Below are positions 48,890-55,917 of a DNA stretch of 64,000 nucleotides, piece after piece. Under the pieces are notes generated by a model. That model made no database searches. It had not been told where the DNA came from and saw nothing but the letters and a program-made list of their open reading frames with translations. The DNA is taken from positions 1,076 to 65,075 of the forward strand of contig CANQST010000001.1 of assembly GCA_947626595.1 (NCBI GenBank), written 5' to 3'. Numbering within the stretch: the first letter of the stretch is position 1; each line of letters opens with the position of its first letter. The position numbers and the translations under genes are program-made. The stretch is from an uncultured Bacilli bacterium (GTDB lineage: Bacteria > Bacillota_I > Bacilli_A > RF39 > UBA660).

Positions 48890-49447
48890 CTAAATGGCAC
48901 GCATTTGGTCTTTTCCTTTGTAAGGATTTTTCTTATCAATTTTATCAGTAAAGATAATTCCATCTAAATGGTCTATTTCATGTTGAAAAGCAATAGCTAA
49001 TTCTTCACGACCACGGACATGTACTTTTCTTCCATCAATATCATATGCTTCAACAGTAACACGGGCATAGCGAGGAACTATTCCTTCAACTTCACGATTG
49101 ACACTTAAGCAGCCTTCACCATTTTCTACATAAATCTGTTCAACAGAATTACTAATAATTCTAGGATTTATTAAGACATAAGTTTCAAACTGGCCTTCTT
49201 CATATTCATTTACAACAACAAAGTATCTTTTAGCAACTCCTAATTGAATAGCGGCCATACCCATACCTGGTCTTAAATCATATTTTTCAGCTAATTCTTC
49301 AATTTGAGAATTATGTAAATACTCAGTCATTGTTTCAATTAATTTTTTATCTTCTTTAGTTAAAGGAAAACTAACTTCTTTACTGATAGTTCTTAAACGT
49401 TTATCTTTTTCGTCTAGTATATCTTTTGTTTTTAGCATATCAACCAC
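48890..49447 (-). CDS. def: peptide deformylase
   Basis: GMGMAAIQLG, EGCLSV, HEIDHLDG — the three PDF signature motifs. Confidence 0.9.
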   Translation of the reverse strand: MVDMLKTKDILDEKDKRLRTISKEVSFPLTKEDKKLIETMTEYLHNSQIEELAEKYDLRPGMGMAAIQLGVAKRYFVVVNEYEEGQFETYVLINPRIISNSVEQIYVENGEGCLSVNREVEGIVPRYARVTVEAYDIDGRKVHVRGREELAIAFQHEIDHLDGIIFTDKIDKKNPYKGKDQMRAI

Positions 49448-49458
49448 CTCAACTTCCT

Positions 49459-50370
49459 TTATTTTACTACATTTTTGTAAATTTTTAAATTGTTTTTTTG
49501 CTTTTCTTTTATTTTTATTTCAATGAGACTTATAATACTTTTAATTAATTCTTTAGAATTATTATCTTCAAATTCAAAATAATCGTCTAAAGCAATAGAT
49601 AAAGTATCAAATAAATCATTACCAAAAAGATTATTAAAATTATCTTTAATAAGAGAAATATTTCCTAGTAAAGAGTCTTCTTCAAAGATATCTCTAAATA
49701 GTTCTTCTTGCCAAAGATTATCAAAAAGACAAACAATATTTTCATAGCCATCAATACTATCTAGTTGTTTTAAATCAAGGCTTTTAAAAAATTGTAATTC
49801 TTCTTTACTAAAAAGATTATAATCTAAATTCTTAATAGTAGAACACATTTGTCTAGTTTGTAAAGTATTAATAACTTCTTCAAATATTTGATTAGTATTT
49901 TTAATAGAGCCATCTTCAAAAAATTCATTGGTAAAAATACCAGTTCTAGATGTAAAGTAATTATCAGAATAAGAATAACTTTTGAAAAAACTTTTTATTA
50001 TATGAGAAAATTCATGAATAAGACCATTAAGAATAGTAGAATTATTGTATAGAGAGCTTAATAATATTTTAGGATTTTCAATAACTACTTCATTTTTATT
50101 AAAACCAATACCATTATATGATAAGCCAACTGGTGCTACTTCGTCATTTACGTTATCTTCTTCCATATATAAATTTAATTCAGGGTGATTTAGAACCATG
50201 TTATCTAAGGGAAGAGGTTCAATATAAATATCAGTATTTGAAACAACATATTCAACAATATCTTTGGGATACTTATTTAATAAAGCAAATGTTGCGAATA
50301 AAAGATAATAATAGTTTTTTTCTTCTTTTTTAGATAAAAGTATTTGTTTAGCTTGAAAAAATTCTTCCAT
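49459..50370 (-). CDS. hypothetical acidic protein with HExxH motif
   Basis: 303 aa. GLIHEFSHII is a candidate zincin motif with no obvious third ligand. Confidence 0.45.
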   Translation of the reverse strand: MEEFFQAKQILLSKKEEKNYYYLLFATFALLNKYPKDIVEYVVSNTDIYIEPLPLDNMVLNHPELNLYMEEDNVNDEVAPVGLSYNGIGFNKNEVVIENPKILLSSLYNNSTILNGLIHEFSHIIKSFFKSYSYSDNYFTSRTGIFTNEFFEDGSIKNTNQIFEEVINTLQTRQMCSTIKNLDYNLFSKEELQFFKSLDLKQLDSIDGYENIVCLFDNLWQEELFRDIFEEDSLLGNISLIKDNFNNLFGNDLFDTLSIALDDYFEFEDNNSKELIKSIISLIEIKIKEKQKNNLKIYKNVVK

Positions 50371-50456
50371 ATTTCCCCCCTAAATGCTACTATATAATAC
50401 TATAAAATGCTTTAAAAGTAAAGAAAAATAGATATCAAAAGATATCTATAAGGACT

Positions 50457-50591
50457 TTATTTATTTCTAACTCCTAAAACTATTACCAAAAGAATAAATA
50501 ATACTAAGATAATTGGGTAACTAGAAGAAGTAGTAGTATAATTAGAAGTTGTATAGTTTCCATTACAAGAATTGGCTGTGTAGTAATACAT
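50457..50591 (-). CDS. YjcZ-family small sporulation protein (44 aa)
   Basis: Not in the ORF track (<60 aa). MYYYTANSCNGNYTTSNYTTTSSSYPIILVLFILLVIVLGVRNK has a Y/S/T/N-rich head plus the hydrophobic tail …ILVLFILLVIV typical of YjcZ. Strong RBS aaggagg 7 nt upstream. Confidence 0.5.
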   Translation of the reverse strand: MYYYTANSCNGNYTTSNYTTTSSSYPIILVLFILLVIVLGVRNK

Positions 50592-50707
50592 AAGACTATC
50601 CTCCTTTACTTAATCTATTATAAAGTATGTAAATTTACAAGATTTGTTAATAAAAGTAACCTATAAAGTTAGATAATGTGATATATTATATAGTAAGGAG
50701 TGGAAAT

Positions 50708-51832
50708 ATGAGAAGAGTACTTAAATGTATTGATAAGCCATTGTTAATATCTTGTATTATCTTATTTGCTTTAGGGCTAGTAATGATTTTTTCGGCTTCT
50801 AATGTTACGGCTTATATGTATCATAATGTAAGTACTTATTACTATTTTATAAGACAAGTAATTATTTTAGTAATTAGTGTTATAGTCTCTTGTATTCTTT
50901 TGTTTTTAAATCCTAAAAAGCATTATTATAAGACATCAATGCTTGGTATGATAATAATTATTGCGGTATTAATAGTATTGCTTATTGTTGGAGATCCACA
51001 AAATGATATGGTTGGTTGGTTTGATTTAGGTTTTTTCAATGTTCAACCTAGTGAGTTTGCGAAAGTTATTACAATTGTTTTTTTAGCTAGTTATTATAGT
51101 AAATATAAATTAGATACGTATGCTAAATGCTTGATACCAATAGTTTTATGTGTAGTAATTGCAGGACTTATCTTTTTACAACCGGACTTAGGTACAACAA
51201 TTATTTATACTTTAATAGTTGGACTTATCTTTTTAGCGGCTCCTGTTAGGAAAGATTTGAAAGTAAAAATAGTTTTTATTGTATTTAGTTTTTTAGTATT
51301 TGGAGTTATCTTTTTAGTAAGTTTTGGTAAAAACATATTAGAAGATAGACAGATTAGTCGTTTTAACTTTACTAATCCATGTGCAAGAATATTAGAGGAT
51401 GGTAATCAAGTATGTAATTGCTACATAGCGATAAATAATGGAGGTTTAACGGGAGTAGGTTTAGGTAATTCGACACAAAAGTATTTGTATTTACCAGAAC
51501 CTTATACGGACTTTATTTTTGCGATTATAGTTGAAGAGTTGGGTGTAGTTACTGGTATAGGTATAATTCTTATGTATATGTTTATTTTATATAGAATTTT
51601 AAGAATAGGTAGGAAAAGCGATACTAGAGGAGCACTTATTTGTTATGGTGTAGCTTGCTATATATTTTTACATATTGCGATTAATTTACTTGGTATATTT
51701 GGACTTATGCCTATGACAGGAGTACCTCTTCCTTTTATGAGTTATGGTGGTAGTTTTACAATATGTTTAATCGCAGCTTTAACTTTTGTACAAAGAATAA
51801 GTATTCAAAATGGTTTAAGTAAGGAAAATTAG
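50708..51832 (+). CDS. SEDS-family peptidoglycan glycosyltransferase (FtsW/RodA/SpoVE)
   Basis: RBS aaggag. 10-TM SEDS pattern, GGLTGVGLGNS, PEPYTDFIFA, LPFMSYGGS. Confidence 0.85.
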   Translation: MRRVLKCIDKPLLISCIILFALGLVMIFSASNVTAYMYHNVSTYYYFIRQVIILVISVIVSCILLFLNPKKHYYKTSMLGMIIIIAVLIVLLIVGDPQNDMVGWFDLGFFNVQPSEFAKVITIVFLASYYSKYKLDTYAKCLIPIVLCVVIAGLIFLQPDLGTTIIYTLIVGLIFLAAPVRKDLKVKIVFIVFSFLVFGVIFLVSFGKNILEDRQISRFNFTNPCARILEDGNQVCNCYIAINNGGLTGVGLGNSTQKYLYLPEPYTDFIFAIIVEELGVVTGIGIILMYMFILYRILRIGRKSDTRGALICYGVACYIFLHIAINLLGIFGLMPMTGVPLPFMSYGGSFTICLIAALTFVQRISIQNGLSKEN

Positions 51833-51834
51833 TT

Positions 51835-52326
51835 ATGATTTATTTAATTTCAGATACTCATTTTTATCATGACAATATTATTAAGTATTGTAATAGGCCA
51901 TTTAAAGATTATAAGGAAATGAATAGAGTTTTGATTGATAATTGGAATAAGGTTGTTAGTGAAAAAGATGTTGTTTATCATTTAGGGGACTTTGCTAAAG
52001 GAGAAGTTTATTTAAAAGAATTAGTTTCTAAGTTAAATGGAAAGATTTATTTATTAAGAGGTAATCATGATAAGAAAAATATAAAGTTTTATAAAGAGTG
52101 TGGATTAGAGGTAATACGTAATAAGACTAAGTTAGAAGAGTATAAGGTTATTCTTAGTCATAGTCCTCTTTTAGATGGAGAAATTCCAGAAGGGTATGTT
52201 AATATACATGGACATATTCATAATAATGATTTGGATGATTGCTATTTGAAAGATAGGCACATTAATGTATCAGTAGAAAATATTGGTTACAAGCCGGTTG
52301 AGATAGAGGAGTTACTGGCTAAGTAA
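51835..52326 (+). CDS. metallophosphoesterase (calcineurin-like)
   Basis: DTHFYHD, GDFAKG, GNHD motifs. Confidence 0.75.
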   Translation: MIYLISDTHFYHDNIIKYCNRPFKDYKEMNRVLIDNWNKVVSEKDVVYHLGDFAKGEVYLKELVSKLNGKIYLLRGNHDKKNIKFYKECGLEVIRNKTKLEEYKVILSHSPLLDGEIPEGYVNIHGHIHNNDLDDCYLKDRHINVSVENIGYKPVEIEELLAK

Positions 52327-52343
52327 ATTTAGGGGAGTTTTAA

Positions 52344-53540
52344 ATGAAACGTATACTTATGAATAAAAATGTAGAAGTTTTGGTTGTTGAATATGATACG
52401 GCAACAGGAGTTTTTAATAGTATATATGAAGTTAAAAATATTGATTATGCACCATATATTTTAAAAAGTTTTTATAAAGAAAATGATATTAATGACACTT
52501 TCTTTAGAAGTAGTTTGAGTGAATGGTTTAAAGATAGAGGTATTCCTTCATGGCGTGATAAGTTAGATTTATTATTACATAGATTAAATATAACAGCGCC
52601 TTATGAACTTTTAGATAAGGCATTTGGATTATCTTTATCAGATCAGTATTGGCTAAAGCCTTTTGATAGTGATATTAAATATAATGATATTAACTTTTTT
52701 GATAATGACTTTGATTACGCTGAATTTATGGAGGCTTCATTATCAACTAATAGTAAAATAATAACTAAAGAGGCATCTTTGAAAACACCTAATAATACTA
52801 CAGATGGAATGCTTCAAAAAGCTTGGATTATTGATAATGGGGTAAGATACTTATTAAAGGGTGGATACAAAAATGAAACTTTACAACCATTTAATGAAGT
52901 ATTAGCTAGTGAGATATGTGAAAGATTAGGATTTAATCATGTAAAATATACAATAGATACATATAAAGATAAAGTTGTTTCTAAGTGTCCATGTTTTATA
53001 ACAAAAGATACGGAGTTAGTTACATGCTACCAAATAAAAAATGATATGAACAGGCATGATAGTGTAGAAGATTATAATGAATATATTAGGAAATTAGAAG
53101 ATAATGGAATAGAAAGTGCTAGAGAAAAAGTAGAAAATATGTATATTCTAGATTTCCTTATCATGAATGAAGATAGGCATTTAAACAATTTTGGAATTAT
53201 AAGGGATGTTAATACTTTAAAATGGTTAGATGTTGCGCCTATATTTGATAATGGACAAAGTTTAAATATTGAGTATTATGACGAAGAGGAATTACATATT
53301 TCTGGAGAAGGAAGATTGTTTTATGAGATAAAGCCTTTTGACGAAATAATAAAGGTAGTTAAGAATTTAAAAAGAATTGATATAGAAGAATTAGATGGTA
53401 TAGTAGAGTGGTTTGATAATTTATTACATAAATATCAGCATTTAACTCATTATTCTGATATGAGAATTAATAGATTATGTACTTTACTTAATAGACAGAT
53501 TAACAAGTTAAAGGAATTAATAGAAAAAGAAAACACTTAA
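52344..53540 (+). CDS. HipA-like Ser/Thr kinase domain protein (orphan, no HipB partner)
   Basis: ILDFLIMNEDRHLNNFGII matches the HipA catalytic loop (…GNxDxHxKNfS…). APIFDNG matches HipA (L)APAYD. Confidence 0.6.
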   Translation: MKRILMNKNVEVLVVEYDTATGVFNSIYEVKNIDYAPYILKSFYKENDINDTFFRSSLSEWFKDRGIPSWRDKLDLLLHRLNITAPYELLDKAFGLSLSDQYWLKPFDSDIKYNDINFFDNDFDYAEFMEASLSTNSKIITKEASLKTPNNTTDGMLQKAWIIDNGVRYLLKGGYKNETLQPFNEVLASEICERLGFNHVKYTIDTYKDKVVSKCPCFITKDTELVTCYQIKNDMNRHDSVEDYNEYIRKLEDNGIESAREKVENMYILDFLIMNEDRHLNNFGIIRDVNTLKWLDVAPIFDNGQSLNIEYYDEEELHISGEGRLFYEIKPFDEIIKVVKNLKRIDIEELDGIVEWFDNLLHKYQHLTHYSDMRINRLCTLLNRQINKLKELIEKENT

Positions 53541-53623
53541 TCATGGCAAATGGTTAAGTGTTTTAACAAAGAAATTTATCATAAAATATTGAATTGTTAT
53601 AGTACAATCACTTAGTGATGACT

Positions 53624-53707
53624 ATGAGTAAAAAAGATTTTTTAATACTTTCTCAAGTACTAATAATAATTTTATTTATAGTACTATTATTATTAAACAC
53701 TATATAA
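53624..53707 (+). CDS. 27-aa hydrophobic peptide, type I toxin-like (copy 1)
   Basis: MSKKDFLILSQVLIIILFIVLLLLNTI has a charged head plus a single TM. Followed by hairpin terminators. Weak SD. Confidence 0.4.
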   Translation: MSKKDFLILSQVLIIILFIVLLLLNTI

Positions 53708-53888
53708 TTACATAGCAAAAAATAAAACAATAGCGCTCAATCAAGTAGGTTGAGTACTCTTTCAATTTCTTTGGAGGAAGTACTCACTGCTAACAAGTAT
53801 CTTCCTTTTTTATTTTATGCAAATTTCTTTGACATATTAAATATAACATATTTCAAATAAAAATGCAACAAATTTTTTACAAAAAGTG

Positions 53889-53917
53889 TTGCATAAAATA
53901 TACATCTGTTATATAAT
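53889..53917 (+). promoter_or_regulatory. sigma-A promoter TTGCAT-17-TATAAT for copy 2 of the small-peptide gene
   Basis: ttgcataaaatatacatctgttatataat. Confidence 0.55.
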
Positions 53918-53945
53918 GTAAATGGAAGATATTTGTGAGAGTGCG

Positions 53946-53963
53946 ACCTCCTAAAAAGGAGGT
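53946..53963 (+). promoter_or_regulatory. 5'-UTR hairpin sequestering the Shine-Dalgarno (acctcc-taaaaa-ggaggt)
   Basis: A perfect 6-bp stem whose 3' arm is the SD aggagg 8 nt upstream of the ATG at 53971. This is a hallmark of type I toxin mRNAs. Confidence 0.5.
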
Positions 53964-53970
53964 GGTTACT

Positions 53971-54054
53971 ATGAGTAAAAAAGATTTTTTAATACTTTTT
54001 CAAGTACTAATAATAATTTTACTTATAGTACTATTACTATTAGACGCTATATAA
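53971..54054 (+). CDS. 27-aa hydrophobic peptide, type I toxin-like (copy 2)
   Basis: MSKKDFLILFQVLIIILLIVLLLLDAI. Strong SD aaggaggtgg. Followed by a perfect 11-bp-stem hairpin and a second terminator. Confidence 0.45.
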   Translation: MSKKDFLILFQVLIIILLIVLLLLDAI

Positions 54055-54405
54055 TTACGTAGAAAAAATAAAATAATAATAGCACTCAATCAAATGGATT
54101 GAGTGCTTTAACCAATACTGGAGGAAGTACTCGATACCAAACAAGTATCTTCCTTTTTTTATTTTATGCAAATTTCTTTGACATATTAAATATAACATAT
54201 TTTTAATAAAAACGCAACAAATTTTCCACTTAATTTATACTGGCTCTCCAGCCAGTAGTTCCTAACTAAGTATTAATTGTATAATTTAATCAGAGTAAGC
54301 TAGCATCTAGCTAGCTTACATTTCTCCTCTTAGTAGCAGCATTGTAATACTATCTTAGTATTAAATCAAATTATATGTAGATAATAATTGTAGGTGATGG
54401 TCTTC

Positions 54406-54453
54406 ATGAATAAGTTAAAAAATAGGCGCAATATATATATATATATATTATAG
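54406..54453 (+). other. orphaned translation-initiation region and signal-peptide N-region (MNKLKNRRNIYIYIL*) of the downstream FGE-domain gene, out of frame
   Basis: SD aggtga 8 nt upstream of ATG 54406. The 15-codon frame ends at TAG 54451-54453. The downstream ORF's frame is open back to 54426 (…YIYIYIIAVGIVIGFGSLVYAVGSVIESKSV…) and is +2 relative to this ATG. Confidence 0.6.
54431..54448 (+). repeat. (AT)9 dinucleotide simple-sequence repeat inside the 5' coding region
   Basis: atatatatatatatatat. Loss of one AT unit (or gain of two) fuses ATG 54406 to the FGE-domain ORF. Confidence 0.85.
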
Positions 54454-54524
54454 CTGTTGGAATAGTAATAGGGTTTGGTAGTTTAGTCTACGCAGTAGGT
54501 TCAGTAATAGAAAGTAAGTCAGTT

Positions 54525-55892
54525 TTGTATAATAGAACTATAAGTGGTGGAAGTTCAGATAATGTACAGGGTTCAATAGACGAATTATATAAAATGAGTG
54601 GAGTAAGTACTACTCAATATAAGGAAGAAATTTTAAACGGAGCAGACCCAGTATTGGGTGAAGGAATGATACCAGTAACTTTAGATGGTGATGGGACAGT
54701 AAAGTACGCTAATTTAAATACACCTTGGTATAAATATGAAGAAAAGAAATGGGCAAATGCAGTAATACTTAAGAGTAATCCAAGTAAAAGTTATAAAACA
54801 GGGGATATAATCTCAGAAAACGATATTGAGAGTTATTTTGTGTGGGTTCCAAGATTTAAATACAAAATATGGAACTTAACAAGTGAAGATGGGTATCAAG
54901 ATACATTTACTAATACTGCTAATGATGCTAATTCTATAAGACAACTTACTGGAAAAGCAAGATTAATAGACATAATATTTGAAGATAAAGATGCACAACC
55001 ATCAACTACAATAGCATTAAATTTATATTATACCCATCCAGCGTTTACTGCTTTTAGAGTAAATGGTTTATGGATAGCTAAATTTGAAGCTAGTGGTACA
55101 ACAAGTGCCATAACAGTAAAACCAAATATGACTTCTTTAAGAAGTACCACAGTTGGTTCTTTTTGGCATGCATTTTATGATTATAAAAATACTAGTGGAA
55201 ATCATAATACTAATTTAGATCCACACATGATAAAGAACACTGAATGGGGAGCAGTCGCCTATCTTTCTCATTCAGTATATGGAATAGGTAAAGAAGTAAA
55301 TGTAAATAATAATTTAAGTTTTAAAACAGGTTATTCGGCGGCATCAAATACTGACCAAAGTTCATATTCTGGAACTACCGGAACTAAAGAAATTACTGAT
55401 GATGATGGACCAGCAGTAACACAACCATATAATACATCAACTGGCTATCTTGCTTCAACAACAGGAAATATCACAGGAATATATGATATGAGTGGTGGTG
55501 CTTGGGAATTTGTAGCAGGTTATCTTGACCCTTATGGACTTAGTAATAATAGTGGGGTAGCAAGTGGCTTAACGGCTACTGATTTAGCTAAAGCACAGTA
55601 CTTTGACCAATATTCTGGTGCTTTAACATGGTCTTCTTACAGTAAGAGAATTGTTGGAGACGCCACTGGAGAGTTAGGTCCTTTCTACTATTATAAAGAT
55701 AAAGATAATTCTAGTCGCACTCATAATGGATGGTATGCTGACAGCTCTAATTTTATTGAACCTATCAATACTTGGTTTGTTAGAGGTGGTTATTGTGCTG
55801 ATGGAGTACTAGCTGGTCAGTTTAATTTTGATAGGTATACTGGAGGCATGAATGTCAATCGTGGTTCTAGGTTTGTTCTTGCAGTAAAGTAA
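54525..55892 (+). CDS. secreted FGE-sulfatase/SUMF1-domain protein (paralog A), currently separated from its start and signal peptide by a frameshift
   Basis: FGE-domain motifs: HPAFTAFRVNGLWIAKFEAS, MIKNTEWGAVAYL (≈LPTEAEWEYAA), GIYDMSGGAWEFV (≈GLYDMAGNVWEW), VRGGYC (≈RGGSW), NRGSRFVLA (≈GFR). The TTG at 54525 is only the first in-frame start codon in the ORF track. Confidence 0.65.
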   Translation: MYNRTISGGSSDNVQGSIDELYKMSGVSTTQYKEEILNGADPVLGEGMIPVTLDGDGTVKYANLNTPWYKYEEKKWANAVILKSNPSKSYKTGDIISENDIESYFVWVPRFKYKIWNLTSEDGYQDTFTNTANDANSIRQLTGKARLIDIIFEDKDAQPSTTIALNLYYTHPAFTAFRVNGLWIAKFEASGTTSAITVKPNMTSLRSTTVGSFWHAFYDYKNTSGNHNTNLDPHMIKNTEWGAVAYLSHSVYGIGKEVNVNNNLSFKTGYSAASNTDQSSYSGTTGTKEITDDDGPAVTQPYNTSTGYLASTTGNITGIYDMSGGAWEFVAGYLDPYGLSNNSGVASGLTATDLAKAQYFDQYSGALTWSSYSKRIVGDATGELGPFYYYKDKDNSSRTHNGWYADSSNFIEPINTWFVRGGYCADGVLAGQFNFDRYTGGMNVNRGSRFVLAVK

Positions 55893-55917
55893 AAGGAAAA
55901 AGGATGTGATTTATATT

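Larger units (their letters stand above)
53624..54230 (+). repeat. tandem direct duplication (~255-bp conserved unit ×2, ~347-bp period, ~90% identical)
   Basis: 53624-53876 aligns with 53971-54226: small ORF, inverted-repeat hairpin (agcactcaatc…gattgagtgct), second hairpin plus T-run, and the conserved tail ttgacatattaaatataacatattt…gcaacaaatttt. Confidence 0.8.

Noticed and set aside
50118-50333. 71-aa plus-strand ORF antisense to the HExxH protein gene
   Set aside because: It is antisense to the gene and low complexity.
54240-54400. Palindromes actggctctccagccagt and gtaagctagcatctagctagcttac between the small-peptide repeats and the FGE gene — possible attachment site or operator
   Set aside because: They are real perfect hairpins or palindromes, but no integrase, recombinase or direct-repeat duplication of them is seen in the window. 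They are most simply terminator or operator-like structures. They are noted but not elevated to a finding.
54420-54460. Possible CRISPR or other periodic repeat array suggested by the alternating AT run
   Set aside because: It is a single 18-nt dinucleotide tract, not spaced direct repeats. No CRISPR-like repeat-spacer periodicity occurs anywhere in the window.
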